Shown in pieces: positions 36,174 to 48,030 of a stretch of 64,000 nt of DNA. The position numbers and the translations under genes are program-made. The stretch's first letter is position 1. Every line of letters begins with the position of its first letter. The notes under the pieces were generated by a model. It was not told the DNA's origin, made no database searches, and saw nothing but the letters and a program-made list of their open reading frames with translations. Source of the DNA: Eledone cirrhosa (Eukaryota); assembly GCA_964016885.1 (NCBI GenBank), contig OZ024744.1, positions 131,254,001 through 131,318,000 on the forward strand, in the 5' to 3' direction.

Positions 36174-39100
36174 GTCGGGGTTAAGTTAAGTTGGCGTTAA
36201 GTTAAGTTAGGCTTAACTTAAGTTGGGGTTCAGTTAAGTTGGGGGTAAGTTAAGTTGGGGGTAAGTTAAGTTGGGGTTAAGTTAAGTTGCGGTTAAGTTG
36301 GGGTTAAGTTAAGTTAGGGTTAAGTTAAGTTGGGGTTGAGTTAAGTTGGGGTTAATTAAGTGGTGGTTATGTTAAGTTGGGGTTAAGTTAAGTTGGGGTT
36401 AATTTAAATTGGGGTTAAGTTAACTTTGTGGTTAAGTTAAGTTGGGGTTAAGTTAAGTTGGGGTAAAGTTGGGGTTGAGTGAAGTTGGGGTTAAGTTAAG
36501 TTGGGGTTAAGTTAAGTTGGGGTTAAGATAAGTCGGGGTTAAATTAAGTTGTGGTTGAGTTAAGTTGGGGTTAATTTAAGTTGGGGCTAAGTTAATTTGT
36601 GGTTAAGTTAAGTTGGGGTTAAGTTAAGTTGGGGTTAAGTTAAGTCGGGGTAAGTTAAGTCGGGGTTAAGTTAAGTTAGGGTTAAGTTAAGTTGGGGTTA
36701 AGTTAAGTTGTGGTTGAGTTAAGTTGGGGTTGAGTTAAATTGGGGTTGAGTTAAGTTGGGGTTGAGTGAAGTTGGTGTTGAGTTAAGTTGGGGTTAAGTT
36801 AAGTTGGGGTTAAGTTATGTTGCGGTTAAGTTAAGTTGAGGTTAAGTTAAGTTGGGGTTAACTTAAGTGTGGGTTAAGTTAAGTTGGGGTTAAGTTAAGT
36901 TGGGGGTAAGTTAAGTTGGGATTAAGTTAAGTTGCGGTTAAGTTGGGGTTAAGTTAAGTTGGGGTTAAGTTAAGTCGGGGTAAGTTAAGTCGGGGTTAAG
37001 TTAAGTTAGGGTTAAGTTAAGTTGGGGTTAAGTTAAAGTTGGGGTTGAGTTAAGTTGCGGTTGAGTTAAATTGGGGTTGAGTTAAGTTGGGGTTGAGTGA
37101 AGTTGGTGTTGAGTTAAGTTGGGGTTAAGTTAAGTTGGGGTTAAGTTATGTTGCGGTTAAGTTAAGTTGAGGTTAAGTTAAGTTGGGGTTAACTTAAGTG
37201 TGGGTTAAGTTAAGTTGGGGTTAAGTTAAGTTGGGGTTGAGTTAAGTTGGGGTAGAGTTAAATTGGGGTTGAGTTAAGTTGGGGTTGAGTTAAGTTGGGG
37301 CTGAGTTAAGTTGGGGCTGAGTTAAGTTGGGGCTGAGTTAAGTTGGGGTTCAGTTAAGTTGGGGTTGAGTTAAGTTGCGCTTAAGTTAAGTTGGGGTTAA
37401 GTTAAGTTGGGGTTATGTTAAGTTGGGGTTTAGTTAAGTTGGGGTTCATTTAAGTTGGGGTTAAGTTAAGATTAGGTTAAGTTGGGGTTAAATTAATTTG
37501 GGGTTAAGTTAAGTTGGGGTTAAGTTAAGTTGGGGTTAATTTAAGTTGGGGTTAATTTAAGTTGGGGTTAAGTTAAGTTGCGGGTAATTTAAGTTGGGGT
37601 TAAATTAAGTTGGTGTTAAGTTAAGTTGGGGTTAAGTTAAGTTGGGGTTAAGTTAAGTTTGGGTTAAGTTAAGTTGGGGCTAATTTAAGTTGGGGCTGAG
37701 TTAAGTTGGGGTTAAGTTAAGTTGGGGTTAAGTTAATTTGGGGTTAAGTTGGGGTTAAGTTAAGTTGGGGTTTATTTAAGTTGGGGTTAAGTTAAGTTGG
37801 GGTTCAGTTAAGTTGGGGTTCAGTTAAGTTGGGGTTAAGTTAAGTTGGGGTTAAGTTAAGTTGGTTAGTTAAGTTGAGGTTAAGTTAAGTTGGGGTTAAG
37901 TTAAGTTGGGGTTAAGTTAAGTTGGGGTTAATTAAAGTTAGGGTTAAGTTAAGTTGGGGTTAAGTTAAGTTGGGGTTATGTTAAGTTGGGGTTAAGTTAG
38001 GTTGGGGTTAAGTTAAGTTGTGGCTAAGTTAAGTTGGAGCTGAGTTAAGTTGGGGTTAAGTTAAGTTGGGGTTAAGTTAAGTTGGGGATAAGTTAAGTTG
38101 GGGTTAAGTTAAGTTGTGGTTTATTTAAGTTGGGGTTAATTTAAGTTGGGGTTCAGTTAAGTTGGGGTTCAGTTAAGTTGGGGTTAAGTTAAGTTGGGGT
38201 TTATTTAAGTTGGGGTTAATTTAAGTCGGGGTTAAGTTAAGTCGGGGTTAAGTTAAGTTAGGGTTAAGTTAAGTTGGGGTTAAGTTAAGTTGGGGTTGTG
38301 TTAAGTTGGGGTTGAGTTAAATTGGGGTTGAGTTAAGTTGGGGTTGAGTTAAGTTGGTGTTGAGTTAAGTTGGGGTTAAGTTAAGTTGGGGTTAATTTAA
38401 GTTGCAGTTAAGTTAAGTTGAGGTTAAGTTAAGGTGGGGTTAAGTTAAGTTGGGGTTAAGTTAAGTTGGGGTATATTAAGTTGGGGTTAAGTTAAGTTGG
38501 GGTTAAGTTAAGTTGGGGTTAAGTTAAGTTGGTGTTAAGTTAAGTTGGGGCTGAGTTAAGTTGGGGCTGAGTTAAGTTGGGGCTGAGTTAAGTTGGGGTT
38601 AAGATAAGTTGGGGTTGAGTTAAGTTGGGGTTAAGTTAAGTTGGGGTTAAGTTAAGTTGGGGTTAAGTTGGGGTTAAGTTAAGTTAGGTTTAAGTTAAGT
38701 TGGGTTTAAGTTAAGTTGGGGTTAAGTTAAGTTGGGGTTAAGTTAAGTTGGGTTTAAGTTAAGTTGGGGTTAAGTTAAGTTGGGGTTAAGTTAAGTCGGG
38801 GTTAAGTTAAGTTGGGGTTAAGTTAAGTTGGGGTTAAGTTAAGTTGGGGTTAAGTTAAGTTGGGGTTAAGTTAAGTTGGTGTTAAGTTAAGTTGAGGTTA
38901 AGTTAAGTTGGGGTTAAATTAAGTTGGGGTTAAGTTAAGTTGGGGTTAAGTTAAGTTGGGGTTAAGTTAAGTTGGGGATATGTTAAGTTGGGGATGAGTT
39001 AAGTTGGGGTTAAGTTAAGTTGGGTTTAAGTTAAGTTGGGGTTAAGTTAAGTTGGGGTTAAGTTAAGTTGGGGTTAAGTTAAGTTGGTTAGTTAAGTTGA

Positions 39101-40201
39101 GTTTAAGTTAAGTTGGGGTTAATTTAAGTCGGGTTTAAGTTAAGTTAGGGTTAAGTTGGGGTTGAGTTAAGTTGGGGTTGAGTTAAATTGGGGTTGAGTT
39201 AAGTTGGGGTTGAGTTAAGTTGGTGTTGAGTTAAGTTGGGGTTAAGTTAAGTTGGGGTTAAGTTAAGTTGTGGTTAAGTTAAGTTGAGGTTAAGTTAAGT
39301 TGGGGTTAAGTTAAGTTGGGGTTAATTTAAGTTGGGGCTAAGTTAAGTTGGGGCTAAGTTAAGTTGGGGTTAAGTTAAGTTGGGGTCAACTTAAGTTGGG
39401 GTTAAGTTAAGTTGGCGTTAAGTTAAGTTGGGGTTAAGCTAAGTTGGGGTTAAGTTAAGTTGGTGTTAAGTTAAGTTGGGGCTGAGTTAAGTTGGGGCTG
39501 AGTTAAGTTGGGGCTGAGTTAAGTTGGGGTTCAGTCAAGTTGGGGTTGAGTTAAGTTGCGGTTAAGTTAAGTTGGGGTTAAGTTAAGTTGGGGTTATTTT
39601 AAGTTGGGGTTTAGTTAAGTTGGGGTTCATTTAAGTTGGGGTTAAGTTAAGTTTGGGTTAAGTTGGGGTTAAATTAATTTGGGGTTAAATGAAGTTGGGG
39701 TTAAGTTAAGTTGCGGGTAATTTAAGTTGGGGTTAAGTTAAGTTGGGGTTAAGTTAAGTTGGGGTTAATTTAAGTTTGGGTTAAGTTAAGTTGGGGTTAA
39801 GTTAATTTGGGGTTAAGATAAGTTGGGGTTAAGTTAAGTTGGGGTTTATTTAAGTTGGGGTTAAGTTAAGTTGGGGTTCAGTTAAGTTGGGTTTCAGTTA
39901 AGTTGGGGTTAAGTTAAGTTGGGGTTAAGATGGGGTTAAATTAAGTTGGGGTTAAGTTAAGTTGGTTAGTTAAGTTGAGGTTAAGTTAAGTTGGGGTTAA
40001 TTTAAGTTGGGGTTAAGTTAAGTTGGGCTTAAGTTAAGTTGGGGTTAATTTAAGTTGGGGTTAAGTTAAGTTGGGGTTCAGTTAAGTTGGGGTTAAGTCA
40101 AGTTGGGGTTAAGTTGGGGTTAAATTAAGTTGGGGTTAAGTTAAGTTGGGGTCAAGTTAAGTTAGGGTTAAGTTAAGTTGGGGTTAAGTTAAGTTGGGGT
40201 T

Positions 40202-40402
40202 AACCCCAACTTAACTTAACCCCAACTTCACTCAAACCCAACTTAACTCAACCCCAACTTAACTTAACCCCAGCTTCACTCAACCCCAACTTAACTTAAC
40301 CCAAACTTCACTCAACCCCAACTTAACTCAACCCCAACTTAACTTAACCCCAACTTGACTTAACCCCAACTTAACTTAACCCCAACTTAACTTAACCCCA
40401 AA
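40202..40402 (-). repeat. Inverted satellite island type E
   Basis: Copy of 33080-33280. Confidence 0.95.
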
Positions 40403-43119
40403 GTCGGGGTTAAGTTAAGTTGGGGGTAAGTTAAGTTGGGATTAAGTTAAGTTGCGGTTAAGTTGGGGTTAAGTTAAGTTGGGGTTAAGTTAAGTCGGGG
40501 TAATTTAAGTCGGGGTTAAGTTAAGTTAGGGTTAAGTTAAGTTGGGGTTAAGTTAAAGTTGGGGTTGAGTTAAGTTGCGGTTGAGTTAAATTGGGGTTGA
40601 GTTAAGTTGGGGTTGAGTGAAGTTGGTGTTGAGTTAAGTTGGGGTTGAGTTAAGTTGGTGTTGAGTTAAGTTGGGGTTAAGTTAAGTTGGGGTTAAGTTA
40701 TGTTGCGGTTAATTTAAGTTGAGGTTAAGTTAAGTTGGGGTTAACTTAAGTGTGGGTTAAGTTCAGTTGGGGTTAAGTTAAGTTGGGGTTGAGTTAAGTT
40801 GGGGTTGAGTTAAATTGGGGTTGAGTTAAGTTGGGGTTGAGTTAAGTTGGTGTTGAGTTAAGTTGGGGTTAAGTTAAGTTGGGGTTAAGTTAAGTTGCGG
40901 TTAAGTTAAGTTGAGGTTAAGTTAAGTTGGGGTTAACTTAAGTGTGGGTTAAGTTAAGTTGGGGTTAAGTTAAGTTGGGGTTAAGTTAAGTTGGTGTTAA
41001 GTTAAGTTGGGGCTGAGTTAAGTTGGGGCTGAGTTAAGTTGGGGCTGAGTTAAGTTGGGGTTCAGTTAAGTTGGGGTTGAGTTAAGTTGCGGTTAAGTTA
41101 AGTTGGGGTTAAGTTAAGTTGGGGTTATGTTAAGTTGGGGTTAAGGTAGGTTGGGGTTAAGTTAAGTTGGGGTTGAGTTAAGTTGGGGTTGAGTTAAATT
41201 GGGGTTGAGTTAAGTTGGGGTTGAGTTAAGTTGGTGTTGAGTTAAGTTGGGGTTAAGTTAAGTTGGGGTTAAGTTAAGTTGGGGTTAACTTAAGTGTGGG
41301 TTAAGTTAAGTTAAGGTTAAGTTAAGTTGGGGTTAAGTTAAGTTGGGGTTAAGTTAAGTTGGGGTTAAGTTAAGTTGGTGTTAAGTTAAGTTGGGGCTGA
41401 GTTAAGTTGGGGCTGAGTTAAGTTGGGGCTGAGTTAAGTTGGGGTTCAGTTAAGTTGGGGTTGAGTTAAGTTGCGGTTAAGTTAAGTTGGGGTTAAGTTA
41501 AGTTGGGGTTATGTTAAGTTGGGGTTTAGTTAAGTTGGGGTTCATTTAAGTTGGGGTTAAGTTAAGTTTAGGTTAAGTTGGGGTTAAATTAATTTGGGGT
41601 TAAGTTAAGTTGGGGTTAAGTTAAGTTGGGGTTAATTTAAGTTGGGGTTAATTTAAGTTGGGGTTAAGTTAAGTTGCGGGTAATTTAAGTTGGGGTTAAG
41701 TTAAGTTGGGGTTAAGTTAAGTTGGGGTTAAGTTAAGTTGGGGTTAAGTTAAGTTTGGGTTAAGTTAAGTTGGGGCTAATTTAAGTTGGGGCTGAGTTAA
41801 GTTGGGGTTAAGTTAAGTTGGGGTTAAGTTAATTTGGGGTTAAGTTGGGGTTAAGTTAAGTTGGGGTTTATTTAAGTTGGGGTTAAGTTAAGTTGGGGTT
41901 CAGTTAAGTTGGGGTTCAGTTAAGTTGGGGTTAAGTTAAGTTGGGGTTAAGTTAAGTTGGTTAGTTAAGTTGAGGTTAAGTTAAGTTGGGGTTAAGTTAA
42001 GTTGGGGTTAAGTTAAGTTGGGGTTAATTTAAGTTGGGGCTAAGTTAAGTTGGGGCTAAGTTAAGTTGGAGCTAAGTTAAGTTGGGTTTAAGTTAAGGTG
42101 GGGTTAAGTTAAGTTGAGGTTAAGTTAAGTTGGGGTTAAGTTAAGTTGGTGTTAAGTTAAGTTGGGGCTGAGTTAAGTTGGGGCTGAGTTAAGTTGGGGC
42201 TGATTTAAGTTGGGGTTGAGTTAAGTTGGGGTTGAGTTAAGTTGCGGTTAAGTTAAGTTGGGGTTAAGTTAAGTTGGGGTTATGTTAAGTTGGGGTTAAG
42301 TTAAGTTGGGGTTAAGTTACGTTGGGGTTGAGTTAAGTTGGGGTTGAGTTAAATTGGGGTTGAGTTAAGTTGGGGTTGAGTTAAGTTGGTGCTGAGTTAA
42401 GTTGGGATTAAGTTAAGTTGGGGTTAAGTTAAGTTGCGGTTAAGTTAAGGTGAGGTTAAGTTAAGTTGGGGTTAACTTAAGTTGGGGTTAAGTTAAGTTG
42501 GGGTTAAGTTAAGTTGGGGTTAAGTTAAGTTGGTGTTAAGTTAAGTTGGGGCTGAGTTAAGTTGGGGCTGAGTTAAGTTGGGGCTGAGTTAAGTTGGGGT
42601 TCAGTTAAGTTGGGGTTGAGTTAAGTTGCGGTTAATTTAAGTTGGGGTTAAGTTAAGTTGGGGTTCATTTAAGTTGGGGTTAAGTTAAGTTTGGGTTAAG
42701 TTGGGGTTAAATTAATTTGGGGTTAAGTTAAGTTGGGGTTAAGTTAAGTTGGGGTTAAGTTAAGTTGGGGTTAATTTAAGTTGGGGTTAATTTAAGTTGC
42801 GGGTAATTTAAGTTGGGGTTAAGTTAAGTTGGGGTTAAGTTAAGTTGGGGTTAAGTTAAGTTGGGGTTAAGTTAAGTTGGGGTTAAGTTAAGTTGGGGCT
42901 GAGTTAAGTTGGGGTTAATTTAAGTTGGGGTTAAGTTAAGTTGGGGTTAAGTTAAGTTGGGGTTTATTTAAGTTGGGGTTAAGTTAAGTTGGGGTTCAGT
43001 TAAGTTGGGGTTCAGTTAAGTTGGGGTTAAGTTAAGTTGGGGTTAAGATGGGGTTAAATTAAGTTGGGGTTAAGTTAAGTTGGGGTTAAGTTAAGTTGGG
43101 GTTAAGTTAAGTTGGGGTT

Positions 43120-43295
43120 AACCCCAACTTAACTTAACCGCAACTTCACTCAACCCCAACGTAACTCAGCCCCAACTTAACTTAACCCCAACTTCAATCA
43201 ACCCCAACTTAACTTAACCCCAACTTCACTCAACCCCAACTTCCAACTTGACTTAACCCCAACTTAACTTAGCCCCAACTTAACTTAAGCCCAAA
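43120..43295 (-). repeat. Inverted satellite island type F
   Basis: Copy of 35998-36173. Confidence 0.95.
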
Positions 43296-44949
43296 GTCGG
43301 GGTTAAGTTAAGTTGGCGTTAAGTTAAGTTAGGCTTAACTTAAGTTGGGGTTCAGTTAAGTTGGGGGTAAGTTAAGTTGGGGGTAAGTTAAGTTGGGGTT
43401 AAGTTAAGTTGCGGTTAAGTTGGGGTTAAGTTAAGTTAGGGTTAAGTTAAGTTGGGGTTGAGTTAAGTTGGGGTTAATTAAGTGGTGGTTATGTTAAGTT
43501 GGGGTTAAGTTAAGTTGGGGTTAATTTAAATTGGGGTTAAGTTAACTTTGTGGTTAAGTTAAGTTGGGGTTAAGTTAAGTTGGGGTAAAGTTGGGGTTGA
43601 GTTAAGTTGGGGTTGAGTGAAGTTGGGGTTAAGTTAAGTTGGGGTTAAGTTAAGTTGGGGTTAAGATAAGTCGGGGTTAAATTAAGTTGTGGTTGAGTTA
43701 AGTTGGGGTTAATTTAAGTTGGGGCTAAGTTAATTTGTGGTTAAGTTAAGTTGGGGTTAAGTTAAGTTGGGGTTAAGTTAAGTCGGGGTAAGTTAAGTCG
43801 GGGTTAAGTTAAGTTAGGGTTAAGTTAAGTTGGGGTTAAGTTAAGTTGTGGTTGAGTTAAGTTGGGGTTGAGTTAAATTGGGGTTGAGTTAAGTTGGGGT
43901 TGAGTTAAGTTGGTGTTGAGTTAAGTTGGGGTTATGTTAAGTTGGGGTTGAGTTAAGTTGGGGTTAAGTTAAGTTGGGGTTAAGTTAAGTTGGGGTTAAG
44001 TTGGGGTTAAGTTAAGTTAGGTTTAAGTTAAGTTGGGTTTAAGTTAAGTTGGGGTTAAGTTAAGTTGGGGTTAAGTTAAGTTGGGTTTAAGTTAAGTTGG
44101 GGTTAAGTTAAGTTGGGGTTAAGTTAAGTCGGGGTTAAGTTAAGTTGGGGTTAAGTTAAGTTGGGGTTAAGTTAAGTTGGGGTTAAGTTAAGTTGGGGTT
44201 AAGTTAAGTTGGTGTTAAGTTAAGTTGAGGTTAAGTTAAGTTGGGGTTAAATTAAGTTGGGGTTAAGTTAAGTTGGGTTTAAGTTAAGTTGGGGTTAAGT
44301 TAAGTTGGGGATATGTTAAGTTGGGGATGAGTTAAGTTGGGGTTAAGTTAAGTTGGGTTTAAGTTAAGTTGGGGTTAATTTAAGTTGGGGTTAAGTTAAG
44401 TTGGGGTTAAGTTAAGTTGGTTAGTTAAGTTGAGTTTAAGTTAAGTTGGGGTTAATTTAAGTCGGGTTTAAGTTAAGTTAGGGTTAAGTTGGGGTTGAGT
44501 TAAGTTGGGGTTGAGTTAAATTGGGGTTGAGTTAAGTTGGGGTTGAGTTAAGTTGGTGTTGAGTTAAGTTGGGGTTAAGTTAAGTTGGGGTTAAGTTAAG
44601 TTGTGGTTAAGTTAAGTTGAGGTTAAGTTAAGTTGGGGTTAAGTTAAGTTGGGGTTAATTTAAGTTGGGGCTAAGTTAAGTTGGGGCTAAGTTAAGTTGG
44701 GGTTAAGTTAAGTTGGGGTCAACTTAAGTTGGGGTTAAGTTAAGTTGGCGTTAAGTTAAGTTGGGGTTAAGCTAAGTTGGGGTTAAGTTAAGTTGGTGTT
44801 AAGTTAAGTTGGGGCTGAGTTAAGTTGGGGCTGAGTTAAGTTGGGGCTGAGTTAAGTTGGGGTTCAGTCAAGTTGGGGTTGAGTTAAGTTGCGGTTAAGT
44901 TAAGTTGGGGTTAAGTTAAGTTGGGGTTATTTTAAGTTGGGGTTTAGTT

Positions 44950-47315
44950 AAGTTGGGGTTCATTTAAGTTGGGGTTAAGTTAAGTTTGGGTTAAGTTGGG
45001 GTTAAATTAATTTGGGGTTAAGTTAAGTTGGGGTTAAGTTAAGTTGGGGTTAAGTTAAGTTGGGGTTAATTTAAGTTGGGGTTAATTTAAGTTGCGGGTA
45101 ATTTAAGTTGGGGTTAAGTTAAGTTGGGGTTAAGTTAAGTTGGGGTTAAGTTAAGTTGGGGTTAAGTTAAGTTGGGGTTAAGTTAAGTTGGGGCTGAGTT
45201 AAGTTGGGGTTAATTTAAGTTGGGGTTAAGTTAAGTTGGGGTTAAGTTAAGTTGGGGTTTATTTAAGTTGGGGTTAAGTTAAGTTGGGGTTCAGTTAAGT
45301 TGGGGTTCAGTTAAGTTGGGGTTAAGTTAAGTTGGGGTTAAGATGGGGTTAAATTAAGTTGGGGTTAAGTTAAGTTGGGGTTAAGTTAAGTTGGGGTTAA
45401 GTTAAGTTGGGGTTAACCCCAACTTAACTTAACCGCAACTTCACTCAACCCCAACGTAACTCAGCCCCAACTTAACTTAACCCCAACTTCAATCAACCCC
45501 AACTTAACTTAACCCCAACTTCACTCAACCCCAACTTCCAACTTGACTTAACCCCAACTTAACTTAGCCCCAACTTAACTTAAGCCCAAAGTCGGGGTTA
45601 AGTTAAGTTGGCGTTAAGTTAAGTTAGGCTTAACTTAAGTTGGGGTTCAGTTAAGTTGGGGGTAAGTTAAGTTGGGGGTAAGTTAAGTTGGGGTTAAGTT
45701 AAGTTGCGGTTAAGTTGGGGTTAAGTTAAGTTAGGGTTAAGTTAAGTTGGGGTTGAGTTAAGTTGGGGTTAATTAAGTGGTGGTTATGTTAAGTTGGGGT
45801 TAAGTTAAGTTGGGGTTAATTTAAATTGGGGTTAAGTTAACTTTGTGGTTAAGTTAAGTTGGGGTTAAGTTAAGTTGGGGTAAAGTTGGGGTTGAGTTAA
45901 GTTGGGGTTGAGTGAAGTTGGGGTTAAGTTAAGTTGGGGTTAAGTTAAGTTGGGGTTAAGATAAGTCGGGGTTAAATTAAGTTGTGGTTGAGTTAAGTTG
46001 GGGTTAATTTAAGTTGGGGCTAAGTTAATTTGTGGTTAAGTTAAGTTGGGGTTAAGTTAAGTTGGGGTTAAGTTAAGTCGGGGTAAGTTAAGTCGGGGTT
46101 AAGTTAAGTTAGGGTTAAGTTAAGTTGGGGTTAAGTTAAGTTGTGGTTGAGTTAAGTTGGGGTTGAGTTAAATTGGGGTTGAGTTAAGTTGGGGTTGAGT
46201 TAAGTTGGTGTTGAGTTAAGTTGGGGTTATGTTAAGTTGGGGTTGAGTTAAGTTGGGGTTAAGTTAAGTTGGGGTTAAGTTAAGTTGGGGTTAAGTTGGG
46301 GTTAAGTTAAGTTAGGTTTAAGTTAAGTTGGGTTTAAGTTAAGTTGGGGTTAAGTTAAGTTGGGGTTAAGTTAAGTTGGGTTTAAGTTAAGTTGGGGTTA
46401 AGTTAAGTTGGGGTTAAGTTAAGTCGGGGTTAAGTTAAGTTGGGGTTAAGTTAAGTTGGGGTTAAGTTAAGTTGGGGTTAAGTTAAGTTGGGGTTAAGTT
46501 AAGTTGGTGTTAAGTTAAGTTGAGGTTAAGTTAAGTTGGGGTTAAATTAAGTTGGGGTTAAGTTAAGTTGGGTTTAAGTTAAGTTGGGGTTAAGTTAAGT
46601 TGGGGATATGTTAAGTTGGGGATGAGTTAAGTTGGGGTTAAGTTAAGTTGGGTTTAAGTTAAGTTGGGGTTAAGTTAAGTTGGGGTTAAGTTAAGTTGGG
46701 GTTAAGTTAAGTTGGTTAGTTAAGTTGAGTTTAAGTTAAGTTGGGGTTAATTTAAGTCGGGTTTAAGTTAAGTTAGGGTTAAGTTGGGGTTGAGTTAAGT
46801 TGGGGTTGAGTTAAATTGGGGTTGAGTTAAGTTGGGGTTGAGTTAAGTTGGTGTTGAGTTAAGTTGGGGTTAAGTTAAGTTGGGGTTAAGTTAAGTTGTG
46901 GTTAAGTTAAGTTGAGGTTAAGTTAAGTTGGGGTTAAGTTAAGTTGGGGTTAATTTAAGTTGGGGCTAAGTTAAGTTGGGGCTAAGTTAAGTTGGGGTTA
47001 AGTTAAGTTGGGGTCAACTTAAGTTGGGGTTAAGTTAAGTTGGCGTTAAGTTAAGTTGGGGTTAAGCTAAGTTGGGGTTAAGTTAAGTTGGTGTTAAGTT
47101 AAGTTGGGGCTGAGTTAAGTTGGGGCTGAGTTAAGTTGGGGCTGAGTTAAGTTGGGGTTCAGTCAAGTTGGGGTTGAGTTAAGTTGCGGTTAAGTTAAGT
47201 TGGGGTTAAGTTAAGTTGGGGTTATTTTAAGTTGGGGTTTAGTTAAGTTGGGGTTCATTTAAGTTGGGGTTAAGTTAAGTTTGGGTTAAGTTGGGGTTAA
47301 ATTAATTTGGGGTTA
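44950..47315 (+). repeat. Tandem duplicate of about 42,655-45,020 (period 2,295 bp)
   Basis: Island F at 43120 and 45415. Markers GGGATATG and GGTCAAC recur at +2,295. Confidence 0.88.
45415..45590 (-). repeat. Inverted satellite island type F
   Basis: Copy of 43120-43295. Confidence 0.95.
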
Positions 47316-47829
47316 AATGAAGTTGGGGTTAAGTTAAGTTGCGGGTAATTTAAGTTGGGGTTAAGTTAAGTTGGGGTTAAGTTAAGTTGGGGTTAATTTA
47401 AGTTTGGGTTAAGTTAAGTTGGGGTTAAGTTAATTTGGGGTTAAGTTAAGTTGGGGTTAAGTTAAGTTGGGGTTTATTTAAGTTGGGGTTAAGTTAAGTT
47501 GGGGTTCAGTTAAGTTGGGTTTCAGTTAAGTTGGGGTTAAGTTAAGTTGGGGTTAAGATGGGGTTAAATTAAGTTGGGGTTAAGTTAAGTTGGTTAGTTA
47601 AGTTGAGGTTAAGTTAAGTTGGGGTTAATTTAAGTTGGGGTTAAGTTAAGTTGGGCTTAAGTTAAGTTGGGGTTAATTTAAGTTGGGGTTAAGTTAAGTT
47701 GGGGTTCAGTTAAGTTGGGGTTAAGTCAAGTTGGGGTTAAGTTGGGGTTAAATTAAGTTGGGGTTAAGTTAAGTTGGGGTCAAGTTAAGTTAGGGTTAAG
47801 TTAAGTTGGGGTTAAGTTAAGTTGGGGTT

Positions 47830-48030
47830 AACCCCAACTTAACTTAACCCCAACTTCACTCAAACCCAACTTAACTCAACCCCAACTTAACTTAACCCCA
47901 GCTTCACTCAACCCCAACTTAACTTAACCCAAACTTCACTCAACCCCAACTTAACTCAACCCCAACTTAACTTAACCCCAACTTGACTTAACCCCAACTT
48001 AACTTAACCCCAACTTAACTTAACCCCAAA
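47830..48030 (-). repeat. Inverted satellite island type E
   Basis: Copy of 40202-40402 (+7,628). Confidence 0.95.

Larger units (their letters stand above)
36887..43900 (+). repeat. Near-tandem duplicate of about 29,765-36,760 (offset 7,122 bp)
   Basis: Islands E and F and the rare markers GGTAGAG, GCGCTT, AAGATTAGG and GGGATATG all recur at +7,122. Confidence 0.9.
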
